Source: an uncultured Calditrichaceae bacterium
GTDB lineage: Bacteria > Calditrichota > Calditrichia > RBG-13-44-9
Direction of reading: 5' to 3'
NCBI GenBank assembly: GCA_964617285.1
Contig: CAZTXJ010000006.1
Coordinates: forward strand, 1-52,789
DNA length: 52,789 nt
Part shown: positions 19,460 to 28,664 of the stretch, in pieces
Layout: every line of letters starts with the position of its first letter
Numbering within the stretch: position 1 is the first letter of the stretch
Position numbers and translations under genes: made by a program
The notes under the pieces: model-generated
The model's input: only the letters and a program-made list of their open reading frames with translations
The model's database searches: none
Told to the model about the DNA's origin: nothing

Positions 19460-20367
19460 GCAGCATCACATTTAATTTTTGATACAAATCCTGTCTTGGT
19501 ATCAAAATAGGCATAGGCCATATATTCAGTATTATGATAGTAAGCATACGAACCGTCTTTCCTTATACCTACGACCCCTCCTAATCCATCGACCCTTTCT
19601 TTCATCAATTCTACCCCGAATTGTGCTGCCTCTTCAGCTTCCAGTCTGGAAAACGCATCACACACGGTTTTGGACAACAACACCTTAAGAATGGGCTCAC
19701 CAAAACCGGTTGCAGAAACCGCCCCTAGTTGGTTATCGGCGTAAGCTCCTGCACCAATGACCGGAGAGTCGCCTACCCGTCCCGGCAATTTTCTTGGTGT
19801 CCCGCCTGTAGATGTTGCCGCAGCAAGATTTCCATTGGTATCTAAAGCCACTGCACCAACAGTCCCTTTGGGAAATGGTTCGAATGGTTTCCTGGTGGTG
19901 AATTTGGGATCGCTTTTAATTCTGTTGTAAAATAATAATTCCCTTCTGGTGAGTAGATCTTCAGTTTTTACGGGCTTTACTCCGTTTTCGATCAGAAATT
20001 GCTGCGCTCCGGGTCCTACCAAAAAACAATGTTCACTTTTTTCCATAACTATTCGAGCTGAACTCACCGGGTAGAGTATATTTTGAATTGCAGCGACTGC
20101 CCCATAATTCAGATTGCGGCCATCGCAGATAATCGCGTCAAGCTCAACTTCACCTATGGCATTGAGGAAGGAGCCCCTGCCTGCATCAAAGGTTGGATCT
20201 TCCTCGAGAATATTTACCGCTTTTTCCACTGCATCCAGGGCGGATAGACCCTTCTCCAATTCTGGATATACTTGCTGTATGGCAGTTAGACAGCCTTCGG
20301 TGTGAGCCTGGTGTAATCGTTCAGGAATGTTCCAGGCACCGCCGTGAACAATAAGTTTTGGCATCAT
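19456..20367 (-). CDS. isoaspartyl peptidase / L-asparaginase (Ntn hydrolase)
   Basis: HGGAW N-terminus, GTVGAVALD autoprocessing Thr nucleophile and GAGAYAD motifs. It converges on the rluA-type gene with a 4-nt overlap. Confidence 0.9.
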   Translation of the reverse strand: MMPKLIVHGGAWNIPERLHQAHTEGCLTAIQQVYPELEKGLSALDAVEKAVNILEEDPTFDAGRGSFLNAIGEVELDAIICDGRNLNYGAVAAIQNILYPVSSARIVMEKSEHCFLVGPGAQQFLIENGVKPVKTEDLLTRRELLFYNRIKSDPKFTTRKPFEPFPKGTVGAVALDTNGNLAAATSTGGTPRKLPGRVGDSPVIGAGAYADNQLGAVSATGFGEPILKVLLSKTVCDAFSRLEAEEAAQFGVELMKERVDGLGGVVGIRKDGSYAYYHNTEYMAYAYFDTKTGFVSKIKCDAA

Positions 20368-20531
20368 GATTTTTTTTATTTCCTAATAAATTATTATTTG
20401 ACCAAAATTAGTTGCGGCATTTTTTCAAAATTATTGTTAAATTTAATTTCAGAATCGGGTAGAATCCTAAAACAAAATTTGTAGCTTTTTTTCTACTGGA
20501 TTATAGCGTTTCAGTCTTGGTATTGTGCTCT

Positions 20532-20894
20532 ATGCGATATTTTAAAAAATGTCAGAAATGTGGTAAAATATGGAGAACACGGGAGGAGTTCCTGGACTTG
20601 GAAGATCTAAGGCCTCTTGGTTTTCAGGCACATTTTCTGGATGGAAGCAAGAGTATCTTATTGTTTCATCACAATAATACAGATTGCAATACCACAGTTG
20701 CGATTCCACTATACGAGGTTCTTGACTTAATTCCGAATTATTTTTCCAAAGAGAGTGCAATTTTATCGGCGAGTTGCAGAGGATTGTGTCTTACCGACAG
20801 TAAACTTGAACCTTGCGATAATGCCGCCTGTCGGAATTCTCTGGTGAGGCAATATATCAGGTCCTTGTATGAGAAAAAACATACTGAGCAGTAA
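20532..20894 (+). CDS. hypothetical cysteine-rich protein
   Basis: ORF with N-terminal CQKCGK (CxxC) and 6 further Cys. No family recognised. ATG 20532 is preferred over TTG 20517. Confidence 0.4.
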   Translation: MRYFKKCQKCGKIWRTREEFLDLEDLRPLGFQAHFLDGSKSILLFHHNNTDCNTTVAIPLYEVLDLIPNYFSKESAILSASCRGLCLTDSKLEPCDNAACRNSLVRQYIRSLYEKKHTEQ

Positions 20895-21128
20895 TAGTAT
20901 ATTTATCCCTGAATTCAAGGTTGATTTTGTGATTTCAGTATTGAATGGCTGTCCAAGATATATTGCATTAGATATTCAGCTTCAGCTACAGGCTAGCTTC
21001 TGCCATTCAGATTTTTGGAACTATTCACTTGTTCAATTATAAAAATAGTGAAATGAAAATACGGGAAGCGATTTTTAAGCGGTGAATTTTGAATTTTATA
21101 TAAATCTGAAAACGCAGAGGGATGGTGA

Positions 21129-21524
21129 ATGAAAGATAATATTTATTTCAAAAGAGCAGTGAGAACCGCGGATTTAATGGTCAAAGAACAGGAGCGGGTA
21201 AAAGAAATTCTCACCCAGGCACTTGATAAAGCAAAACAAAAAAGAAATCAAATTCGGGAAGTGTTTGGCGATATTCAGGACTTAATTACCTTAGTAAAAT
21301 TTTATTTTAAGGGGGAATACACCAAAATTCCCTGGCGATTTATTATTCTCGCGTTAGCAGCAATTATCTATTTTGTAAATCCGCTGGATCTTATCCCCGA
21401 TATAATCCCGGCAATGGGATTCATGGATGATGCAACAATTGTTGCCCTGGTGATTAATGCCATGAAAGATGAGATTGATGATTTTAGAAAATACCAAATG
21501 ATAAGAAATCCGGCTGGAAATTAA
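21129..21524 (+). CDS. DUF1232 (YkvA-like) membrane protein
   Basis: INPLDLIPDIIPAMGFMDDATIVALVI is the hallmark DUF1232 segment. Confidence 0.75.
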   Translation: MKDNIYFKRAVRTADLMVKEQERVKEILTQALDKAKQKRNQIREVFGDIQDLITLVKFYFKGEYTKIPWRFIILALAAIIYFVNPLDLIPDIIPAMGFMDDATIVALVINAMKDEIDDFRKYQMIRNPAGN

Positions 21525-21559
21525 GACATCAACTTAATCTTGATAGATTTGAAATTTAA

Positions 21560-22807
21560 TTAAGATTTGAAAATTTTTGTTTCCAGTATTCTTTCATTCC
21601 ACCGTTCAAGCAAATAATATTTTTCCGCTTCAAAAATACGATTAATATTTTCCAGGTATTCTTCAGACTCCCGTGTTTCCATTCCCTGGGTATGGTTTAC
21701 AAACGAGAGCACTCGTGAATGGTAAAAGGGGATTAGAGCTTCCAGCAACAGATCGCGGTCAATCTCATTATTTTTGTAGGCCACTGCGAAGCAAAATAAT
21801 ATTCGTGCCCATAGGTTGCTGGGATAATAGAACTGATCGATCTCCTGGTTTTCTCTGAATTTCTGAATTTCAGAATAATCGGGCATACTGATAATCTTCT
21901 CCCAAAGACTACTATATTTTTTAAATCCTCTTTTGATACTTTCACAAAGTTTATTGGTATCCACATTAACTGCAGGTGGTTTTTCAACAACGCCAAGTCC
22001 GAATCCGTAAATACTGCTTGGGCGACTTTCACTGATGTATTTCCAGAGATATTCAAAATCGATCATCAGATCAAACATGGTGGATACCACCTGCTTAAAC
22101 ATCATGGTCAAATCAGCAGCAGGATCTTTTGCCCGGTGAATTTTAGGCGTTCCCAGGAATGCCTGGCAGACGTTAAAATGTCGGGCAATCGCGATGGTGG
22201 TCATCCAGATATCAATTCCGAAGTTGGCAATTTTATCATTCCATAATTTTTCCGATAGAAAAGCCCGGGCTAATTTTCCGGAGAATCCAAAATCGCCCCC
22301 GATTGGTTGTCTTACTCGTATTCCGAAAAGAGTCCGTAACAGTGGATAAGCAATATGGTTGGTAATCGTTCCGTCATATTTATGACGAGCGTAGATCGGT
22401 GTAACATAATCGAATCTCCCCATGAGGGGTTCACCCAAATAGCGAATCCAACTGGGAGTGATACTCTTCAAATCAGCATCGACAACAATAATTGCCTCGG
22501 CTCTCAATTCTACAGCTGCCTTAAAAAGATTAAGAAAGTTATTTCCTTTTCCTTTAATCCCAGGTGGAGTGGAAATGTATACTTTGGGGACTTTTGTCGG
22601 GGTATTTAAAAAGACTTCTTTTGTTCCGTCCGGGGAATGATTGTCGACATTAATAATAACTGACTTTTTGTGGGGAAAGTACTTTAATAGACCCCTGCTG
22701 GCAACATCGGTTGGAAATGCAATGCAGTCTGCTTCATTGTATGATGGGATTCCAACGATGATTTCTGCTGACTGTATTTCTTGGGGATTTTCGACAATAA
22801 CATCCAT
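21560..22807 (-). CDS. GT-A fold (family 2-like) glycosyltransferase with a roughly 200-aa C-terminal helical extension
   Basis: IVGIPSYNEADCI ... INVDNHSPDGT ... VVDADL (DxD) motifs of GT-A enzymes. Acceptor and donor not inferable. Confidence 0.7.
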   Translation of the reverse strand: MDVIVENPQEIQSAEIIVGIPSYNEADCIAFPTDVASRGLLKYFPHKKSVIINVDNHSPDGTKEVFLNTPTKVPKVYISTPPGIKGKGNNFLNLFKAAVELRAEAIIVVDADLKSITPSWIRYLGEPLMGRFDYVTPIYARHKYDGTITNHIAYPLLRTLFGIRVRQPIGGDFGFSGKLARAFLSEKLWNDKIANFGIDIWMTTIAIARHFNVCQAFLGTPKIHRAKDPAADLTMMFKQVVSTMFDLMIDFEYLWKYISESRPSSIYGFGLGVVEKPPAVNVDTNKLCESIKRGFKKYSSLWEKIISMPDYSEIQKFRENQEIDQFYYPSNLWARILFCFAVAYKNNEIDRDLLLEALIPFYHSRVLSFVNHTQGMETRESEEYLENINRIFEAEKYYLLERWNERILETKIFKS

Positions 22808-22966
22808 ATTTATTCCTTCTGCTTATATGAATGATGTATGATCAGTTTGATGCAATTTGCTATCAAAATAAAAAGTCAAAAATATATAATGTTGATTACT
22901 TTTCAAAGTTAAAATCAGAAAAATTCGATAATTAAATTGATTTTATTCTTAAAATAAGGGAGTGAA

Positions 22967-23890
22967 CTATTTGATTTGTGATGGAAGTGGAAGTTTTATG
23001 CCTTCTATTTTTGTTAATTCTGTGGTAATACTTCCCACGAATACCGCACTTTTCATTTGGACCGGGATTTTATATTTATCATCACTTAACCAGACCCATA
23101 ATTCGCCCTTTTGTTTAAATATGGCTTCTCCTCGTAATTGAGGCTGAACCATAATACATCTGAATTTTCCGGCCTTAACTTTGATAGTTTCTCTCTTTTG
23201 CACGATGACTCTCAAATCGTATACTTTTTTGTTATCGTGATTTGATAAATAAATTGGCATCCCAATTCTTAGCTTTTGTGTTCGGACATAGTAAAATGCG
23301 GCCAGTATATCCAAAACATAAGGAGGAATGTCCACGGTGAAATTTTCCTGCTTGCGAATGGTTAATGAATCATCATCATCATTATATCTGATCATATCAA
23401 CTAAGGCTTTGCCGTTGTATTGATCATAATCCACCAGCAAATCAAATTTATAGGATCCCTCCCTTAACTTCTTGTTGAATTTCCAGGAAAATAAGCCCTG
23501 GGTATCTATGTAGCTTTCCACCCTATCTCTCACCTTGAAGAAAAAGTCAAAAGTTCCGGTAGAGTTTGCGGTTGAGATTATCTCGTAGGCCTCTCGGTCC
23601 CCAATCGGTACTTTCCCTTTTACCTCCATCGTGGCTTCACCAGCCTTGATAAAGCCGTAACGCACGTTAAAACTTAATTTTTCACCCACATGAAATGCAT
23701 TATTATTTATAACGCGGTCCAGTTGTTGAGGAGGTATTATTAGCGAATCATTGTTTGGTGCGGTGGTGGTATCCTGGTTCGAAATTACCTCCGTGCTATC
23801 AGGAATCTCTGAAGCGGAGGATTTGACCATCAGAATGACCGGAAATAAAAATATTAATAATATCCAGAGATATGTTCTAAATTTAAGCAT
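22967..23890 (-). CDS. DUF3108 domain protein (secreted / outer-membrane associated)
   Basis: Signal peptide, then GEKLSFNVRYGFIKAGEATMEV, typical of DUF3108. Confidence 0.65.
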   Translation of the reverse strand: MLKFRTYLWILLIFLFPVILMVKSSASEIPDSTEVISNQDTTTAPNNDSLIIPPQQLDRVINNNAFHVGEKLSFNVRYGFIKAGEATMEVKGKVPIGDREAYEIISTANSTGTFDFFFKVRDRVESYIDTQGLFSWKFNKKLREGSYKFDLLVDYDQYNGKALVDMIRYNDDDDSLTIRKQENFTVDIPPYVLDILAAFYYVRTQKLRIGMPIYLSNHDNKKVYDLRVIVQKRETIKVKAGKFRCIMVQPQLRGEAIFKQKGELWVWLSDDKYKIPVQMKSAVFVGSITTELTKIEGIKLPLPSQIK

Positions 23891-24070
23891 AGAATTTAAA
23901 CTAACTCAGTTAAGTTCAAATAATAATCAGATTTCATCATTTACACAAGAAATAAAAAGGGTAGGTTCCGTTCCAAATAAAATATTCAGGAAGGGGGGAA
24001 TTGGTAAAATTCTTTTTTCAGTAGAAAAACCTGTAAGAAGTGATTAGAAATAAGAATGGATAAGAAACTG

Positions 24071-25501
24071 TTACTTGGAGGATAATTGATTTTTGATATC
24101 AATTATTAAATTACGGATTGCCGGATTATTTTTCATTTCCTTTTGAATTTTTCGATAGCTATGCAAAATAGCTGTATAGTGGCGGTCGCTATAATGGTAC
24201 CCTATTGATTTTAAAGATTCTCCGGTAAGTTCCTTTGAAAGGAATATTGCAATTTGTCTGGCAAATGTGACTTCTCTTTGCCGGGAATAACCGGTCAGAA
24301 TATCCACTGGAATGTTTAAATATTCAGAAACCGATTTAATGATTTTTTCAATTTTTACAGGTTGGAGGAGATGAAAGGAGCTGTTTTTTTTCGCCCAACT
24401 TACATCAATTTGGCTCAGGATTCGTTTGATATTTGCAATGGAAACTGGTTTGCCAATCAAAGAGGACTGTGCCGCAATCCTCACCATGATGGCTCTCATT
24501 TGTTGAAGACCATCAAAAATAGAGTGACTTAAGAAATCCTTAACTTCTGGTAATATCATTAGATTTGTTTTCTCACAAAAGCTATTGATCCATTGCAAGC
24601 GGGTCTCATAGCTTGGAGGAATTAAATCTATGATTAATCCCTTTTGAAAAAAGGAGAGAAGCCTGGGATCAAATCCAATGAGTTGTCCGGGTGCTTGATC
24701 GGCGGAAATGACGATTTGTTTTCGTTTCCGCTCCATTTCAGCAAAAAAGAAATACAGACCTTCCTGGGATTTTCTTTTGTTGGAAAGAAACTGAATATCA
24801 TCAATTAATAATATATCGTTTTTCTGAAAATTATTGGTTAATAAGTCCAGTTTTTTGGATTGAAGTGCGGAAATATATTCATTTAAGAAATTTTCGCTGC
24901 TTAAGTATTGAATTTTTTTTCGTTTTTTATTTTCACTGATATTATTACCAATGGCATATAACAAATGAGTTTTACCACATCCGGAAGAACCATAAATAAA
25001 GAGGGGGTTAAAATCTGTTTTGCCTGGATTTTTCGCGACAGTTTGTGCTGCCCGTAGTGCTAATTCGTTATCATTTTTAACAATGAAATTTTCGAAATGA
25101 TACCGAGAATCCAGATTTTGATCGGAATCATCTGTTTGTACATTTTTTTCTGCGATCTGATCATCCGGTGCCTGAAAATCGCTGAGTGCAGCGATGGGTT
25201 TATCCGGTGTGGAGGCGACCAGATATTCTATTTTTGTCCTTAAACCGTATATTTTTTTTACTGCTTCAAGCACTTTATCCTGATAATGTGTTTCTAACCA
25301 TTCAAAGAAAAATTGAGAGGGTACTCTTAATATGAGGATTTCATCTACAAAACTAACCGGGATAATTGGGGAGAGCCAAGTTCGAAATCCTTGAGGAGAT
25401 ATCTCATCCTTGATGAGTTCTAAACATTTCTTCCACTTTTGCTGGAGGCTATCTTGGGAGAATTCGGGATCCGTAATAGGCCGTGCTGAAGATTTCGACA
25501 T
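24071..25501 (-). CDS. dnaA: DnaA-family protein (full length, four domains) with non-canonical key residues
   Basis: Domain I FRTWLSPI; Walker A GSSGCGKTHLL; Walker B LLIDDIQFL; box VII DPRLLSFF; C-terminal HTH ...SDRHYTAILHSYRKI. See findings for the substituted Arg finger, sensor II and box-contact residues. Confidence 0.8.
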   Translation of the reverse strand: MSKSSARPITDPEFSQDSLQQKWKKCLELIKDEISPQGFRTWLSPIIPVSFVDEILILRVPSQFFFEWLETHYQDKVLEAVKKIYGLRTKIEYLVASTPDKPIAALSDFQAPDDQIAEKNVQTDDSDQNLDSRYHFENFIVKNDNELALRAAQTVAKNPGKTDFNPLFIYGSSGCGKTHLLYAIGNNISENKKRKKIQYLSSENFLNEYISALQSKKLDLLTNNFQKNDILLIDDIQFLSNKRKSQEGLYFFFAEMERKRKQIVISADQAPGQLIGFDPRLLSFFQKGLIIDLIPPSYETRLQWINSFCEKTNLMILPEVKDFLSHSIFDGLQQMRAIMVRIAAQSSLIGKPVSIANIKRILSQIDVSWAKKNSSFHLLQPVKIEKIIKSVSEYLNIPVDILTGYSRQREVTFARQIAIFLSKELTGESLKSIGYHYSDRHYTAILHSYRKIQKEMKNNPAIRNLIIDIKNQLSSK

Positions 25502-25841
25502 GAGTTACAACATTCCTCCTCTTTAACAGGTACAGTAATTCTGAATACGGCTTACAAATTTATTTGAAACCTAAATAATGGCAGACTTTAAAGAACAAAT
25601 GATACCTTCGCGGTGAAACATTGTATAAAAAAATTTTATGAAAAACAAGCGAGTTAAATAAAAAAAATCAATTTTTTAGTTTCACGTTAAACAGGAAGTT
25701 GTAAGTTCTAAGAAATCAACAGTATCAAAAAAATGTAATTTTTCTTGAAAATATTTTGTTAAAAAAAATGAAGCCATTTGGTTTAAATATTTTTAAATAT
25801 TATATTCTAAACTTATTTTTTAAATAAATGGAGTAAGACAA

Positions 25842-26036
25842 ATGGCTAAAGTATGTGAAATTTGTGGAAAGAAACCAATATACGGTAATAATGTAAGTCA
25901 CGCTAATAACAAAAGAAGACGCCGTTTCGAACCAAACCTGCAAAAAATTAGAGCGGTGATTGACGGGAAAAACAAAAGAATTACAGTTTGCACCAGTTGC
26001 ATTCAGGCTGGTAAAGTGACTAAAGCTGTACATTAA
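25842..26036 (+). CDS. rpmB: 50S ribosomal protein L28
   Basis: [34 protein letters not shown] is a typical L28 N-terminus. GGAG RBS. Confidence 0.95.
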   Translation: MAKVCEICGKKPIYGNNVSHANNKRRRRFEPNLQKIRAVIDGKNKRITVCTSCIQAGKVTKAVH

Positions 26037-26046
26037 TGTAAAAATT

Positions 26047-26095
26047 GGCCTCTTAATTTTTTATTTAAGATTAAATTTTTAAGAGGCCTTTTTCT
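26047..26095. terminator. rho-independent terminator after rpmB (potentially bidirectional)
   Basis: A 10-bp stem GGCCTCTTAA (26047-26056) / TTAAGAGGCC (26079-26088) followed by TTTTTCTTTT. The opposite strand has AATTTTT after the stem. Confidence 0.8.
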
Positions 26096-26381
26096 TTTAT
26101 TTCCCTCCTTATCAAGTTAAGAACAATTTTCCTACCTTCTCCTCTTTTTATAATCATATAAGATTTTAGAGTGAATAAAAATTTTTGAATTCTTTTATCA
26201 GGTTAAGTCAATAATTTTAGCACTTATTTTCCAGGTCAAAATTTTTTTTGAAATAATCTAAGATATATTTGCGATGTTAATAAATATATATTATGTTTGG
26301 CCTCGAAAAAGATAGAATGATTGCTTGGCTCGTTTTTGATTTGATGTCTGATAAAGATGCATGAAAAAAAGAAAAATCGTT

Positions 26382-26410
26382 TTGCTTAATTTTATTTCTT
26401 TTACTATAAT
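26382..26410 (+). promoter_or_regulatory. putative sigma70-type promoter
   Basis: TTGCTT (26382-26387), a 17-nt spacer, then TATAAT (26405-26410). It would give a roughly 113-nt leader for the acidic ORF. Confidence 0.35.
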
Positions 26411-26529
26411 TCGAGCCAATAATAAGGCATAATCGTTTGTAAAATAGCTGAACTAGAAAAATAGATCAGGATGAGGAGTTATTATTTTTTCGGACATGTT
26501 GACATCTCGAACTAATATTGGAGGATTTG

Positions 26530-26823
26530 ATGGAATCTAGCGGTCGCATTGGATCACGAGTGGTTGGGCAAGATGATCCAATGTTTAGAGATATATGTGA
26601 ATTATTAGAATTGGATGCTGAGAGTGTTGAATATTTGGTGATTGAAGATTTTGAAGATGTTGATTACATGATGTTTGAAGAATTTGAGGATATGGAAGCT
26701 GAAGAAGCCTGGAAACCCGAGCAAAGAGTTATCGAAATATTTTTTAATGACGGTACTCGCGATGAGATCGAAATTGATCTTGATTCAGAAATAGATGAGA
26801 TGCTGAAGCGGTTCTTAGGTTAA
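26530..26823 (+). CDS. hypothetical highly acidic small protein (97 aa)
   Basis: GGAGG lies 5 nt upstream of ATG 26530. About one third of residues are D/E (EDFEDVDYMMFEEFEDMEAEEAW). No family recognised. Confidence 0.55.
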   Translation: MESSGRIGSRVVGQDDPMFRDICELLELDAESVEYLVIEDFEDVDYMMFEEFEDMEAEEAWKPEQRVIEIFFNDGTRDEIEIDLDSEIDEMLKRFLG

Positions 26824-26961
26824 CTTTGGTACTCGCTGCAATTTAATTATCACCCCCATAGAAATACCTCTCCCGATATAAATACGAAAAATTAAATCAT
26901 TGCTTCTGTGAATGGCCTTTGGTTAAGAAGGTATAGCGGATGCCAAGTTGCCATAAAAATT

Positions 26962-28506
26962 TCAAATCCACAGTTGTCTATCAAGACTACGATATTGAAT
27001 GGCTTCACTGATATGTTCAGGCCGAATGTCTGGTAGATTTGCCAGGTCTGCAATTGTCCTTCCGACTTTAAGAATCCGATCGTATGCCCTGGCAGAAAGA
27101 CCGAGTTTGGTTATGGCATTTTTTAATAATTCCTGACTATTTTCATCTAAACTACAAAATTTTCGAATATCTTTCGCTTGCATATCAGCGTTGCAAAACA
27201 GGTGGGTTTCTTTATCAAACCGGGCATTTTGGATAATTCTTGCTTTTTGAACTCTTTCCTGGATTTGATGAGATTTTTCACCGGAGGACTGTCCGGCCAA
27301 ATCTTTATAGCGAACCGCTGGTACTTCAATTTGGATGTCAATCCGGTCTAATAGAGGTCCACTTATCCGGGAGAGATATTTTTGGATTTGTTGGGAAGTA
27401 CAGGTGCACTGTTTATTGGGATCCGTGTAATAACCGCAGGGACACGGATTCATGGCTGCGGCCAGCATAAAATTAGCTGGGTAGGTGATAGATAATACTG
27501 CCCGGGAAATGGTGACTTTGCCATCCTCCATCGGTTGTCTCATGACTTCCAGGACATTTTTCTTAAATTCTGGCAACTCATCCAAGAATAAAATTCCGTA
27601 GTGAGCTAAACTTACTTCTCCGGGTCTGGGAAGTTTTCCCCCGCCAATTAGGCCAGCGTCGCTGATCGTGTGGTGTGGGGAACGAAAAGGTCTGGTAGCA
27701 ACCAAGGCCTTATCTACCGGAAGCAAGCCTGCAACGGAATGAATCTTGGTCGTTTCCAAAGCTTCTTCCAGAGTCATTGCCGGTAAAATTGATGGTAGTC
27801 GTTTGGCAAGCATTGTCTTTCCCGAACCTGGAGGTCCAATCATTATAATATTATGGCCGCCAGCCGCGGCAACTTCCAGTGCCCGTTTAACATGTTCCTG
27901 TCCTTTTACATCGGAAAAGTCTATATCGTAAAGTTTGCTTACCTCGAATATTTTCTCCAGATCGACCTTATAGGGTTTGATATCTAATTGATTGTTAAGA
28001 AAATCTACTGCTTCGGACAGGTTGTTTATCGGATAGACTTCCAGCCCTTCTGCCATTGCGGCTTCATTGGCGTTCTCTTTTGGTAAAATTATTCCCTTTA
28101 GTCCCAACTTTCTAATCTCCCATGCAACTGATAATGCCCCGTGGATAGGACGCACAGCTCCATCCAAGGCAAGCTCTCCCAGAATCACATAGTCTTCGAG
28201 GTTTGATTCAGAAATAATACCGTTAGCCGCCAAGATTCCCAAGGCAATCGGTAGATCATATCCAGAACCTTCTTTCCGGATGTCTGCCGGAGCAAGGTTT
28301 ATGGTTATCTTCTTAATAGGAAATTCGAAGCCACTATTTTTAATAGCGGATTGAACCCGCTCACGGCTTTCTTTTACGGCAGAATCCGGTAGACCTACAG
28401 TTGCAAAACCTGGAAGCGTTTTACTTTCGATATTTGTTTCCACTTCGACGATGTACGCATCAATTCCCAGGAGTGCAGCGGATAAGATTCGGGCGACCAT
28501 GTTCAA
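26962..28506 (-). CDS. comM: YifB/ComM family Mg-chelatase-like AAA+ ATPase
   Basis: N-terminal Lon-protease-like domain ([14 protein letters not shown]), Walker [12 protein letters not shown], Walker [11 protein letters not shown], and a C-terminal [17 protein letters not shown] region. Confidence 0.9.
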   Translation of the reverse strand: MNMVARILSAALLGIDAYIVEVETNIESKTLPGFATVGLPDSAVKESRERVQSAIKNSGFEFPIKKITINLAPADIRKEGSGYDLPIALGILAANGIISESNLEDYVILGELALDGAVRPIHGALSVAWEIRKLGLKGIILPKENANEAAMAEGLEVYPINNLSEAVDFLNNQLDIKPYKVDLEKIFEVSKLYDIDFSDVKGQEHVKRALEVAAAGGHNIIMIGPPGSGKTMLAKRLPSILPAMTLEEALETTKIHSVAGLLPVDKALVATRPFRSPHHTISDAGLIGGGKLPRPGEVSLAHYGILFLDELPEFKKNVLEVMRQPMEDGKVTISRAVLSITYPANFMLAAAMNPCPCGYYTDPNKQCTCTSQQIQKYLSRISGPLLDRIDIQIEVPAVRYKDLAGQSSGEKSHQIQERVQKARIIQNARFDKETHLFCNADMQAKDIRKFCSLDENSQELLKNAITKLGLSARAYDRILKVGRTIADLANLPDIRPEHISEAIQYRSLDRQLWI

Positions 28507-28664
28507 CCTGTAATTATTTTTCTAAAATGGAATTGCAGAACTGGATTTCAGATTTAATCTTATAAAATTTGCAATCTAAAAATTATCTTGGAATCTATTT
28601 TCGCCGTGTTTTAATTTAAAATAAAAGATTCCCGATTCAATAGAAATATTATAATTTTTTGAAA

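Noticed and set aside
26217-26225. TTAGCACTT, an 8/9 match to the left arm of the CIRCE heat-shock operator
   Set aside because: No GAGTGCTAA right arm follows at N9 spacing, and the site is not upstream of a chaperone gene.
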